From Ptychomitrium polyphyllum (lineage: Eukaryota): a DNA stretch of 64,000 bases. Below the pieces are notes generated by a model. That model did not search any database. It was not told the DNA's origin and saw only the letters and a list, made by a program, of their open reading frames with translations. Each line of letters opens with the position of its first letter. The first letter of the stretch is position 1. Of the stretch, positions 1 to 14,000 are shown piece after piece. Position numbers and translations under genes: made by a program. The stretch lies in NCBI GenBank assembly GCA_973851085.1, contig OZ316775.1, positions 8,742,001-8,806,000 on the forward strand, given 5' to 3'.

Positions 1-1427
1 ATAAAGAGATGAAAGGAGTATAAATTTTATAACAAATGCCCTTTTTATTGGGTTTAGTAGTCTCGTGATCCTATACTTCAATTTCTTCTCAATTATAGAA
101 TTGAAGAACCAATGATAGCTCAAAAAGTATTCATAATAATTTATTTTACCTTTTTAAGCATAAGTACATATAAAATGAAGAATTTGTTGGAAATAAAGAA
201 TACCGCTAGCTATTGAATTTTCCACATTTTCCTAATCCTAATGCAATACTAAAATTTATTAACTTAAAGTAATTAAAGCCATTAATTGAAAATACTTCAT
301 TGTAATAAATTACAATAAAAGCAATAATGAATGTAATGAAGGTATTTGGAAATAATAACAAACTTCCATTCTAAGAATAACATTCTATTACCAATTTAAT
401 GATTCATTTATTAACTAAGAATAAAAAGACTCTTGTCATGGATATTAAAGCTTTCTTTCATTCTTCCAAAGCTAATGTTTGAGGCTACTAAGAAATATTC
501 TATAAAAACTTAAAATGTAATTTTATATATATTATAAGACTAAAGATTCACTTGACAATAATCTATAATATTATCAATTTTAAAGTCTTTTACTTTTAAA
601 AATTATAAAAATCATTCCAAGATACTAAATATTACATTAATATGAAGAAATATTTAATCCAATTTAGAAGATTAACCAAAAATATTTCAGGCTTCCTTTC
701 CTTTTCATTCTAGTTCTCACCTTGCTAGAATGGAAGTTCACATTCATATTCTTCAATACAGTATATAACTTTAAAACTGTTATACTTTGATACCCATCTT
801 AAATGAATTTATTTTCATTAATTCTATGTGAAACAGAAGCCTGACGTCATAAAAACCACTCCGTTTTTCAACAAGGTCAAACTGGGTTAAACTGGGTTAG
901 AGGAACAGTAAATATACTTGGCAACTTGCATGTTTTATTGATAGTATAATTACAATGCAAATCGTAGCCACGAACAAGATATGCTGCTGACAAACTTATA
1001 ACTAATTTACAGAGTAACGAACAATTCTCACAACGAAATGCTTTTCCAACTCTATTGGTATGTAACAACTTCAAAAATTATGTAGTTCGATCTCTAAAAT
1101 TCACGGACCTTGAATGCGCTGAACGTATTTGTCTTGAATAATGTATCCCTATCTATCAAAACTTGCTGAGGCGGATATTGCTGTACAAACTTATGTGACT
1201 CTAATGTAGACTATGATCATAGTATAAGCTTCTTAACACCTCTGTGAACATTCGTCTCGGGTGCTTTTAGTGGAGCTTGAACGTTGTACACTCGTACTGA
1301 ACTTTCAAAACACTGACAGATTATTCTACTAGCGAGTACCAAAACTGTAGATAGAATCAGCAGAAGATGATTGATGTGGAGGATCCTTCGTAAGAACTTG
1401 ACTGAACCACAGCAACTTCACGGATTA

Positions 1428-3490
1428 TCACACGAGAAAGAGGCATCCACGCGGAACTTTTCGAGACCCTCTAATAGGCTTATCTTCCATGACTACTCTT
1501 GTAGTCTTTTCAGCAAGCTTGGCTTCAGCTATTACCTTCTTTTCCTCTTCTTTAAGGCGTGATAGTGCCATATCATTGTGCATTCTCTCTATCAAGTGCG
1601 CACTCTTCACCTCTAATATTAACTGCAAAAATTGAAATCGAAAAACATCGTAAGAAAATCAGGTTTTAAAATGTTCTTAAAAATATAAAAATTAAAATTA
1701 ACTCAAACTAGTATTTCCTGTAGAATTGAAAGAGAAAAATGAAAATATTCACTAACCTCAGGTTGTTTCACAGTAGTAGGTTTTTCTCGCTGATAATCTT
1801 CCCAAAAGTTAATTCCTTTCTCCTCCCTTTCATATCTGCTAGCAAATGACAACATTCAAAGTGAGCTGTTTGCAGGATTCTAACTGAAATTAAATAACAT
1901 ACTCAAGGCAGAGAACATTTTCATGTTAAAAAGAAGAATGACGCACCGATTGATTAACTTCGTGCATTCTACTCCCTCCGAAGAGACAGTAGTGATTTGC
2001 ACTTTTCGTTTTTCAATTTCTCCAGTTGCTTCTCGCATAGAGGTAGAGCTTATCGAGTTTCTCCTTAATAATCTCCGAAGTGGACCTTTATCTGAAAATT
2101 GCAACCACATTCATACAATAAGTAAACGGATTGACACATTGTTTACAGAAGAGCAGCCTGTAGTTTCTTCTGTTTACGCTACTTACGATCACGACTCACA
2201 ATTCAAGGAACTACAATATATGTTTGGCGGTTTACCATGAGTTGGGCTCGCGTCTGCTTGCTTTCGCTCGAGCTTAGCTAACGCACGTGTATTCTTATTA
2301 TCGCGCACCAGTGTGTCTTTCAATTCACCACTTGTTGAATGACTACGCGTGTGCCTTGTGAGTGGAAGTTCCATGGACTGGGTCCGGCAATGTGACTTCC
2401 TCACCTCTTGCGGCTGTGCGCGAAGATCTGAAACATCAGAGTTCAAGTCGAAGTCGGAGATATTTGCAACCTCATAAGGAGCCTCAAATTCAAAATTATT
2501 CCCGGATGAATCGTTTGTACTCATATCTGCTGCATTGCCAGCTGCTAACATGTATTGCCATTCTGAAGTCAAACTGAATTCGCTCCCAGGAGAACCACAT
2601 TCCTCTGCATGCAAACTCTGAACACAGTCGTTCCCGACAACTCCCGACGTATATTGAAATGCGGGCGGAGAGGCAAAGCCGCGATCTACGATACAATACC
2701 AAAATTGCAAGGATAAGCTTGATGCGCGCAGATCAAATCATTACCGCAAGATGGACATGCACATTAACACCTATTCCAATTGGGAAGAACGTGCAAGTAG
2801 CATGCACTCCAAAATCTAAAAGGATAAAGAAAGAGTGGGAGATTACATTGTGCATTCTTGAAAGCGAGCATGAGGAAGCTGCCGCTATAGTGTGTAGGAT
2901 CAATTCTCGACAAATCCACCGAGTTTCTATTTGCTGCGCATCTAGGAGGAGATATGGTTCTAGACTGCAAATGATAACACGTTAAAACCACTGTCAGTCT
3001 CTAACTTGCACATTCAACAAAGAAACCATATTAAAGATACGAAATTCAAATCCAGTAAGCATCATCCCAATTTTCCTATGATGGTACAGGACGGGAGGAT
3101 CTCTCTTACCCTGGCATGACAAGGCTGGTTGCTCTTCAAAGTAGAATTTTGAAACCGAGTGGTACAGCTGAGGTGATCAATAGATCCGACAGGAGAAGAG
3201 TTAAGTGATTCAAGCGAGGAAGGGCAAGCGCTCTCATCGTCAAGGTCCTCAAGCACGGAGGTTGGACTGGATTCCAACCACGCCTTGACTGTTTCTCGCG
3301 ACCGGAAGATGCGCTCGGATGCAACAGACGCTGGGCTATTGCTTGTCTGAATCAGTTTGCTGCTCTCTTGCTCCTCATGCCAGCGGGCATGGTGACCCGG
3401 CCAACGACTCGTCGGGTTGCACGGCCGGCTATGCGGTTTGTCTGGGAGCTGCTTCCCCAAACATTGTGTCGCCCTCTGGCGCACGGACAT
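1428..3490 (-). CDS. Remorin-family protein (long disordered Ser-rich N-terminus plus divergent C-terminal remorin coiled coil), about 458 aa, 7 exons
   Basis: Hand-spliced exons 3490-3110, 2964-2883, 2815-2771, 2685-2236, 2091-1947, 1835-1757, 1622-1428 give a phase-consistent 1377-nt ORF (intron 2 needs a GC donor; an alternative GT donor at 2846 that skips exon 3 is also in phase). The C-terminus KLINRYEREEKGINFWEDYQREK...LILEVKSAHLIERMHNDMALSRLKEEEKKVIAEAK...IRGSRKVPRGCLFLV matches the remorin_C pattern (RYxREExxIxxWExxQ...IRxTGKxP, with a Cys and hydrophobic tail). Confidence 0.7.
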
Positions 3491-4949
3491 CTCCGGAATC
3501 AGAACGCTCCCTTTCCTACTGTCTCCTAACCTCTACTTCTCAAACTACACAATTCTTCTTCAAAATCAACTTCAAACCCACCCCAAAGTACCTAAATCTC
3601 CCTCACGACAATAAAGAAACTCGCTCACTAATAAACAAACATCAACCTCAATATTAATTGGAAACTCCAACGGTAGTCGCTCCTGTACAACATTCCTCAC
3701 ACTACTTCCACAACATCGCAAAGAACCATCTCTCTACTCCAAACGCTCTAGCAGCGTAATTCAGGTTCCTACTCCAATAATTTCCTAACACGAGTCGAAA
3801 AGCTGTACTTCACAAAACGAAAAACTCTCACTCTCTCGCCACGGGCAAACTGGCTCCAAAACTGAAGAAACTTTGCAACGAAAAAAAATCTTCAACGAGC
3901 GTCTACCCCACTCGTGAAATCCCGGAATGTTAACACGAATCCAACACCGATTCTCCAAGAGAACACAAACAAATGTACTTCCCTCGCAGGACAGGAAACT
4001 CGCCAATCAATCACGACTACAAATGAATGATTTCTCAGAAGCGAGACGACTTCTAATCAATGCCACCGCAAATTCTAAACCGACATAGCTCAAACCTAGA
4101 GCATTGCTTTAGATACCCCACGAATGTGCACAGCTTGAAGCCTGCGACAAGAGATCTATCCAAGTATTACTTGGTAATCACCGAAGTATCTAGAGGGTAT
4201 AAATTGGTTACCGATCAAGTATCACGTTAGTATCGCATAGTGTTGAATACGCATCAGTTCAACAGTGGACACCGAAAGCCCCGCACAGTTACATAACGCC
4301 CTAACATTGGCTATGAAGCGTTCACATGAAGATCGTCTGCGTGCCACCATGTCATTACCATAATATCGGAAGAGTATCACCTAAGTATTATCGTTGTGTC
4401 AATTTCAAAGTGGACGAAGAACTCGCACCAACCAGCAATGACACCGAAACGTAGTGGAATTCCCACTCCGGAGAATCGACCTTGGGGCAAGCCAAATTAA
4501 GAAAGAGGCGACGAAAGGGGTCGAGAAGGCGGCACCTGTCGGTTGCTGGATATGTTTCATTCCAGGAAAAAGGGCGGATGGTTTAATTTCTGGTAGACTT
4601 CGGTGGGGAGTCGTATGATAGGAAGCCACCAGGCGAGACGTCGAGAGAAGGAATAAATATTTATTTCCGGCTATTTTGGCGATGTGAAAGTCGGAGATAT
4701 GCTCGAATACAGTGTGGAGTTGCCATGTGTTGGATTGTGTGCAGCGGTGGCAGAAAACGGGTGCAAAAACTGGGCTGATGTGGACTTTGGGAGGTAAATA
4801 TCTGGATGGATGGGAAAAGTCCATTGATGGATGATCGTGTAGTCTATTGTACTAGGTAGATAGAATTTACTGTGAAAGTATTATTAGTCTGAAGGTACTA
4901 GTAGGGCCAGGTACTAAGAGGCTTAGCACACAAGAAGAAATCCTTCGAC

Positions 4950-7900
4950 ATGTATATGTGTAGTGGTTGACAAAAATAGATGTCTTCTAAGGAAGTTAAG
5001 GGAGTGGCAAGAATGGCTTGGATCAAATTTTTTGCTCCAAGTTTTGTAATGTCACTTTATTTTATTGGCATATAGATTGCAAAGCAAAATCCAATACAAT
5101 TCAATATTGCAAGGCATTAGTGTTTGAAATTTATCAAAATAAAAGGATAAATATGAAAAAAAAAAAAGTTGTACATTGTATAATGTAAAGTTGTAAAATT
5201 TCCTTTGCTTGTCATATGGCATGGCTATAAGTGAAAAGTATCTATTATAATTTTGCCACCAATTGTCAAGTGACATAAAAATTTATATTTGTATTGGTTT
5301 TCTAGGATTTAAAGGAAGGGGTTGTTTCCTAAGTAGTTGCTATATAACAAGTCAAATTGGACAAGCCTTGTCTATTTCAATTTGAAAATTTTGGAATCTT
5401 GTATACAATTTACATATAATACTTTTTAAGAAGCTTGTAAGTCATTTGGAAAAAAGGTGGTTGAGCTCCAAAAGTTCTATGTTTTGAATACATAATCTTT
5501 TCACACAATGTCAAATAATACTCTTAAAGTTTTTATGAACTTGTTTTCCTCTCTTGAAAATATAATGCAATCAAAAAGTTGTACTTTATTGTAATTGTAC
5601 TTACTAGCCTTAAAGTCACAATCCAATTGTCTTGAAGGTGATCCATCTCAATTACTAAAAAATGTTATGTGATTCAAGTGATTACAAAAGGTAAGTAACT
5701 ATTTATCCTTTAATTTGTTTTTGAGTCCTATAAACACATTCCTGAAGTTGATGGAAGTCTGATTGCAAAAAATCAATGAATAGTTTGTCAAACTTTCTTG
5801 GAGCTTTCTATGTGAGGCATCAGGAATACATGAATTGAACTTTGGAATTTTTTTAGTCAAAGTCATTGGATGATCAGCCTACTATGCTCATGGCGTTGAA
5901 ATTCTTCCTGATTGTGGCCACTTGCCTGGGGTCTATTGGTGGGTCATTGGTGATATTGAGAAGCACCGTGGATTCAGCATCCAACTCAGATATTGTTAGT
6001 TCCAGTTTGCACAAAAGAGTATCAGCAAATTCTAATACTCTTGTTAGAAGGGAAGGTATACGCCTAAAGTACGTGCTGCTGATAAGAAGCCTACTGTGTG
6101 CATGGATTGAATCTTTGATAATTCAGTGGGTCAATTCTGTACCTATGAGACCCTCAGCACTTGCAATGTGTGAGTATGTTGTCATGTTGTGAACAAATTT
6201 GACAGAGGTCTGATGTCAAACCGTACCAGCTTCCACATCCTGTCCTGCAACTTACATGTTCTTCCCCGCAGAACACGGGCATCCTGAATCATTAGCAATG
6301 GCCTGTACTCCTATACGTACTGGCTTCTGCAAATGTTTGGACTAGCATGCATGCTACAGACCCACCCCACTTTTTATCTTGGATGCGACAAGTTTGACAT
6401 CAATTTATAGGACATATGAGTTTCCACGATCTCCATGTAGCCACTATTTCATTTTGAAAAAACTCGTGAGGGATATTCTCTACATCCACTCATTAAAGTT
6501 GTTGGCACATATGCATATTTAGATTTGAAATGAAGTAGCTATCATGATTTCCATTTTAGAAAGGCATGATATAATGACATCACAATTTCTAAGTTCATCA
6601 TGGATCTTTAATAAAGTATTGAAGTTGTAAGTTGGAGAATTTTAAATGTAACTCTAGGTGCATCTAGAACTATGGATAAGAAGAATATGTAATATTTATA
6701 GAGATAAGTTGTTTTTCCATCTACTTCTACTTTTGGTTTTAGATTTTGTATGGTTGATTTGGAAAATAACAACAACAGTCATGAAGAATTTATTTTAGAT
6801 TATATTTCAATACAACATTTTTCAATGAACCTCTTCATCATCTTGAAATAAAGAATTTAGCTTGAAGGATTTATTCTTTCATAATATTCATAATATATTA
6901 ATATTATATCAAATAGCATATCCTAAATTTTGCAAGAATTCTTTTATCTTACAAATATGATCCAACAAAAAATATTAAAAAATAGAATAATCCTAATTTA
7001 TTATAGTAACCACACTTACTTACGGTAAAATCATGGTTGTAGATGTTGTTACAAAATGAGAGGTGTTCCTTTCAAGTTGCTAAAGGATGTTATGAGCACA
7101 ATCTTATAATTCAAAATTGAGACCTCAAATTCTCCAAATTAATGATTGAATGGAAACCATCAAAACTTAGACAAGTATGACTTATAATCACAAATGTTTT
7201 AGGTGTATATTGGAGGTTATGGTTACTGTTAAAAACCCATGTGTATATAATGCAAACTATTCTAAAATAATTCAAAATCTTTCTAAGAATATCCATAAAG
7301 TATATCATAAACACTTATTTAAAGATTAATGTTCTATTTTTACTTCATATTCTCAATAAATTATTCCACATTTGCAGATGTATTCCAAATTCAGTAAATA
7401 ATGCTCCTAATCACAATAACTATGTGCGCTTGAGTAATCATGGTACACAAGGTTACAGATAAGTTTTTTGTATAGTATCCTCTACAATCATAACTGTGTA
7501 CATCTACCAATTTTTTTGAAAAATATTAAGTTTCAGAATAAAACTTGATTACATACTCAAAAAATAATCAAAAATGATTTTACATTACCTGTTGTTTAGT
7601 AAATTTAATACAGACCAGATTACTAACTTTATATATTGTAATACATTGTGATACAAATCTACAACTGTTTGAAATGGTAATATAGAATGGTACACAAACA
7701 CATGTTAATGTTGTAGATTATACTAAAATGATGAAAAAAGTTACTTTTTATTGTCTCTAGATCTACATGTTACATGAGATATTCAAAAAAGTTGAAGGAA
7801 TGGTTCCTGGTATTAAGATTTTATAATCTACAATATGTTTGTTGCAATACATTTTTGAATTCACAATAACTGTACGGAATTATGTAATACTCTAATATTA

Positions 7901-10450
7901 TTTTCATTCCATCTTAAGGTGCCAAAACAATGGAATTTATCATATAATATTAAGGTGCCAAAATAATGGAATTTATCATATAATATTATTACTATTTCTT
8001 TGAGATTTTGTTAAAAATGGTTTAAGCTTATTAGGATCAGAAATGTACAATACTATAAAAAAAATCCAAAAATATAAACTAGATTTTTAGCTATGACAAC
8101 ACATAAGTTATTTCGAGAATATTTATTAAGTAATTAATGGATTTTTACTTTTGGATTAAGTAAATAATTTCCATTTGAGTTTTTTTGAATTTCCAAGTAA
8201 TTTCCACAACTTTGGGATTCATGATATTAATATATCTTTTGCATAAAAAATTTCAAAACTAAAATAACCTCTTATTGCATTCTTCAATAGTTCCTTTAAT
8301 TGCAATTTTCTGAAAGTATAATTCTATACCTAAAAATATAATTCCATATTGTTAATGAAAGTTTGATTTTAAGTTGAAGATGTATATGAGACCAATTCAT
8401 CAATCTTAATTGCTATGTACATTTTTTATACTTAGAATAAGATGGATATGTTAATAAATAAGCATATACTATCTAAAGGTTAATAACATATCTAGCACAA
8501 TTTTTGTATAACAAATGCTATAGGCAATAATGGCTCCATATTAGTTTAGTTAAAATGCAAAGTACTTTCCATTTTTTGTACAATCCAAGACAAACCTTGT
8601 ACTTTGATTGCATTTTATTTATTTGTGTATAAATTGCAACTTCTCACATGACATTTGTATAATACTTGGGAAGAAATAGATTTGTACATTATAATTAGGG
8701 CAGGTTCAAAATTTGCATGTTTCAAAATTTGCATGTTTGGTTGTTGAAACATCTAATTAAAATATTCCACATTTCAATGTAAAGATGAATAATTCTAACC
8801 TCTAGAGAATGTCACATAAGAATGAGATTGATTTTATCACAACTGTTTTCAAAAAAATGAAACACAACTCACAAATGCATCCCAATATACTTTACAAGTT
8901 GCCTCTCCTTCACTGCAAGCTCCCCAATACTTAAGGGACTAGTTCAATGAAATCAACAAAGCAGCCACCCCTATGATGATTTTTTGTTTTTCTATCTTCT
9001 TCTAACAAACTTTGTTACTCAAATGACATTCCATAAAACAAAGAACTTGCAAGAATGCAAAAGGACAAGCTTCTTGACCTTGTGGGCCTCCGCGTGTCTT
9101 GGATGGTTACATCTTGCTTGGCATGTTCCCAAGTAGTGAACTTTGAAGGATGCACCTTGAGTGAACGGCAGTGTCTCAAGTGTCCTTGAACGGAAGTCCA
9201 CACCTAAAAAGTATGAGAGACAAAAGTTTTCATTTCCGACCTACAACGAGGTTCGTCAAGTCTGGAATTCCCTGAGGTGAATTTAATACAGAACTCTCAT
9301 TCACACACATATTCTTTGACCTTAAACACCATTTCCAAATTGTTCAATGCATGTCCAAAATCAAAGCACCATCCTAAAGTGCAAGATGATTCACTGGGAA
9401 AGTGCCACTCACTTGCCTAGAGTGTGTGCCACACACCTTCATGTGATGTGCCTTGTTTTGTCAACACATTCTGGTCCACTCTTCATTCTGTATTTAATTG
9501 TTGAGTACAAAATGACTTGGACGACAAATAGGTGTTGTGGAATAGGAATTGCCACCTTACTTGTTGAGCTTGACACTTGTATAAAGATGGAATAGGAAGA
9601 AAGCAGTCCTGAAAGCTCCAAAATCTTGAAACAGTTTTGTACATGTTGGTGACGTGATAGAGTTGTTTGGAGATTAGACTCTTTAATTTAATTAAAGGGA
9701 GACTCATCCACCCCTTTCTTTGCTTCAATTTGTGTTTGTGATCAGAGTTCAAACTCCTTTAAAATCCATAGATGCGAATGTAAAATTTGGTTTCACCCAC
9801 CTTTCATTAATTCACTTAGGATATTTACCTTCCCAATGGAATAAATCAGATAAGTTTCCAAATAGTTCTATTATATTATGTTTTTTTTATAACATTTTAT
9901 GTTTTATGCATGCGCATCTAGAAAAACTTCTCAAATAATTTCACCCATATGGAACTTTGGATAAAAATACATTAGTTATAAAATGTGACTATCACATGTA
10001 CGTTGGTTCAAAAATAATGTATATGCTTCAATTTAATAAAGATTTGTTTAAATTAGTTTTATTCAATCCTAAATTTTTAATGCAACTCAACATCTTTCAA
10101 TCATTAATGTGAATTACTTTGCTTTTAAGTTAGACCTCAATAAAACATATAAAAATATGCATTGCTTACATTAAACGAATGAAGGAAATTGCAAAATTTG
10201 ACTACTTAATAAAAGCCTACAATCAACATTGACGTACTACAATCTTGGTACCCTGCTATGCCATCCACTAAATAGATGACACCTAACAATTTTGCACTGA
10301 TATTTTTCAAATGCACCCTAATAGGTGATTATTGATGTTAGTAGCATGACTCTGCACAACTTCTACATGTGTAGATCATCTACACCATATACTTTATGAC
10401 GACAATGTTTAGCACTCAAGTAGTGTTACTGTACTTCCAATGTTGATGAT
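4950..10450. other. AT-rich intergenic tract, probably decayed transposon/repeat DNA
   Basis: Much lower GC than flanking genes, no intact ORFs, short local duplications and a few GC-richer islands with broken reading frames; family not identifiable by eye. Confidence 0.35.
7914..7984. repeat. Direct tandem duplication of a ~36-bp unit
   Basis: TTAAGGTGCCAAAA(C/T)AATGGAATTTATCATAT occurs twice back to back. Confidence 0.8.
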
Positions 10451-10566
10451 TTGTAAATGAGAACTGTCTACAACCTGAAATATTGAATGAGAAAAATTGT
10501 CATGTTTTTCCATGTTAAATGAAACACACAAACAGTGAAACTCAACATAAAAATCATTACAACCAT

Positions 10567-10640
10567 GGACCACATATTACATCGTTAGGACCACATATTA
10601 CATCGTTAGGACCACATATTACATCATTGAGACCACATAT
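10567..10640. repeat. 21-bp minisatellite, about 3.5 copies
   Basis: GGACCACATATTACATCGTTA repeated; explains the GPHITSL repeats in ORF 10519..10827. Confidence 0.85.
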
Positions 10641-11082
10641 AGGTGTTGGATCACAATGTGAGCACTCAAATGCAGCAAATGCATCCAAAGTGCTAATGTT
10701 CGAGTCTCAGAGCTGTGGAAGTTTCAAGCTTGTATCTGTACAGATCCCTTTCAGGCTACGAAGGCACATGCTTGTGTGGTCAGACTATCGCAAATCACAA
10801 ACAGCATACAAGTCCAGACGCCACTGAAAAACAAAATGAACACTTTCTAGGTGAATCAGCAAGACGAGTGGAACTCAAATAGTTATACCATGGGACAAAC
10901 AAAGTCTCCAGTTGAATCCTGCCATGGTGCTACAATCAGAGAACTGTGAATGTAACTCGCTTAAAGCCCGAAACAGATTCTCCATTTGAGGTGGTTGTGA
11001 GTTCACTGTATGAAACTATACAAAGAGGGATTGCTGACTTGCTGACTTGCTAAGTTAAGAGTGAGGTTGATTAGCCACCAAC

Positions 11083-14000
11083 TTACACGCAAGTAACTAT
11101 GTCGACGTGAATGTCCTTGAGCAAGCCAACCACCTGCTGCATCGTAGGGCGCTTGGCCGGGAGCTCGGCGGTGCAAAGGTAACCGACTCTGAGGCACTCC
11201 AGCATCTCACTCTCAACTCCAGAGCTCAGAAGCCGTGGATCCAAGCATTTGTAACCTCGTTTCTCGCGGATCAGAGCTCGAACCCATCCGACCAAGTTGC
11301 CACCACAGCTGCCGTGGAAGTACTGCCCACTGGGTTTCTGGCCTGTGACCAATTCTAACAGCACAACACCGAAGCTGTAAACATCACCACGAGCTGTAGC
11401 CTCCCATGTCTGCCCATACTCCGGAGGAACGTACCCCAAGGTGCCGCCAACCACTGTCCCCCTCACCGTCAAGCCCATCTCATACATTTTCCCGGATTCC
11501 ACCAACTCTGCCAAGCCACAATCCGCCAAGTGGGGCTCATAAATCGAGTCCAGCAGGATGTTGTTGGATGTCACGTCGCGGTGAACTACGCTCGGGACGC
11601 ACCCATGATGCAGAAACGCAAGCGCTCGCGCCACCCCAACCGCAATGCGATGCCGTGTTGGCCACCCCAGCTCCTCGCTCACGATGAATTTCTCGTTGGC
11701 GTCCGCCCATGTTTCCTTTGCCCAGTTCTCTGGATGATGAGTATCTGCATTCGATATGTACCAGGACCTGTCAATGCTAAAAGTAGTTCCACAAAGCAGA
11801 AAGCCAGCCTACTAGAAATTGCTTATGATCATTGTTATTTTTTTAGATGAACCTTATCTAAGTGCATCTCTTTCCTTTTAAAAGCCTGGGCGCACGAAAT
11901 ACTTTTGCATAGAGAACAGTTGAAAATTCTCTGCTTCGTGATGAAAACTTCAAGACATCAAGACAGGGCGGTGAATGTTTGTTACCGTCAAGAGAGTCGT
12001 GAAGGAGGTGATGCACGTCCCCATTCTCCATGAACTCATAAACTAGGAGCCTTTCCTCTCCAACCAAGCAATATCCGACCAGCGACAACAAATTTTCATG
12101 CCTAATTTTCCCAAGTCCCTCCAACTGTGCCGCTTTCTCCAACTCATTTGCAGGACCACCGTCATAGAGCACCTTGATCACGATCTGGAATCCCCCTGAT
12201 AGCACGCCCTTGAAGCTCGGACCGTAGCGCCCATCAGCAATCTGCGAATCTTTGTGGAACTTGGATGTGGCTTGCAGCAGGTCAGCAAATGTTAGATTGA
12301 GCAGAGGTTTCTCGAACATAATAACTGGAATTGATGATGGTTGCAGAACTCGGCTAGCCCATGCGCACGGGTCCGCTTCAAACGTCACAGGACCAGTCAG
12401 ATAGCTGAAATTCTCTTTCCTGGGCTTCTTTTTGTATGTGCTCTTCTTATGAAACATAACATATGTGCTGAGGGAAGCACAGATGGCGAAAGAGATTCCA
12501 AATAAAATTCCAATAATAGCGCCTGGTTGCAATCCATTGGCGAGATGTCGATGAAGAATTGAAGGTACAAAAACATTTGAAGGAGCCAGGGAAGGAGCAG
12601 CCACAAGCACAGGTGCAGAAGGTGAAGGAGCAGGGGACGACAAAGTAGGGCAGATTTTGTTCACAACTACTCCACACAGTAATGAATTCCCCTGATATGA
12701 CAAGTTGCTAAAATGCACCCACTGATTTGCGTATGGTATTTCACCTCTAAGATTATTGAAGGACAGGTCTAATCTACTCAAATCCATCAATGAAACAAGC
12801 TCCGGAGGGATCTGTCCCGTGAGGTTGTTGTAAGACAAGTCCAGAGACATCAGATTGGTTGTCCGAGAAAGATTTGCAGGGATGTTGCCAGTCACTTGAT
12901 TATGAGACAGGTCCAATTGCACCAAGCTCCGGAGTGCTCCAACTGAATCTGGTATAGAACCGTTGACGTAGCTTGACGACAAATTAAGATAGGTAAGATT
13001 CATAAAATGGGAAAAGTTGGGAAGAGCTTCCTCCGCAAACCGGTTCTGTGCCAAGTTCAAATAATGAAGTGAATGGAGCTCATTAAAAGTATCCCATGGA
13101 ATGCTTCCATTAAGCTGATTTGAAGAAACATCCAGCTTTTCAAGCAAATGAGAGCTTGTGAATGTCGCTGGTATCTCACCAGTAAAGTTGTTGATCCCAA
13201 GGTCCATCTCTTGCATCTGGATGGTCACATTGGTGGGTATCGATCCTGTAAATCTGTTCCTTGCCAGTCTTACAACTGCCAGATTCTCCGATGCAAATAG
13301 TCCCCAAGGAATGCTCCCACTCAAGAGATTATCGCTGCAATCAAAAAACTTTATTTTGTCACTACTCATACCCCAGGGAAGTGATGGAAGAGAGCCAGTG
13401 AGCTTATTGTTGGCAACACCAAGAGCCCATAAGTAAGGAAGCCTGGTCAAATTGAATGGTAGGCTGCCATTCAATCTGTTTGAAGAGACATAGAATTGTC
13501 TGAGCTGTCCTAAGTTGTAAAAGTCTGGAATTGGACCCTCGAAATTATTCGCTGAAAGGTCAAGAGTCCGAATCTTCCAAAGCCAGCCAAATTCATCCGG
13601 TATTGGCCCAGTGAGCAGATTCCTACTCAGATTCACCATCACCAGTTCTTGAATGAAGAAAGTTGCAAAAGATACACCTCCTGTAAACTGGTTCGACGAC
13701 AAATCAAAGTAGGTGAGGTGCTGTTTGTCGGTAAAAGCAGGCATTGGCCCAGAGAAATTGTTGCCATGGAGATCCAGCAACTGGAGGTACTTTAAATTAA
13801 GACCGAAGGAGTCGGGTATTGGCCCGCTCAAAGAGTTTTCCGAGAGATTCAATTCCAGCAGCTGATGCAGATTGACCCACTTCGGCAGAGCCCCCGCCAA
13901 TTTATTGTTGGAAAGCCCGAGATGCACCAAGTTTGGTAGACTCCATATGTCCCAAGGAATTTCTCCTGTGAGGAGATTGTAGGAGAGATCAAGATACCTC

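Noticed and set aside
1..860. AT-rich window start as a possible gene or organellar insert
   Set aside because: No ORF or recognisable RNA gene; indistinguishable by eye from decayed repeat DNA.
10567..10640. Short regular repeats as a possible CRISPR array
   Set aside because: Units are contiguous with no unique spacers, there are no cas genes, and the context is eukaryotic.
10519..10827. 102-aa ORF with GPHITSL repeats
   Set aside because: Produced by the 21-bp minisatellite; no other coding signal and it lies antisense to the likely RLK 3' region.
11858..11985. C-terminal end of the 813-aa ORF (GNKHSPPCL...GKRCT)
   Set aside because: Read-through into the intron starting at the GT donor 11985; the kinase continues in exon 2.
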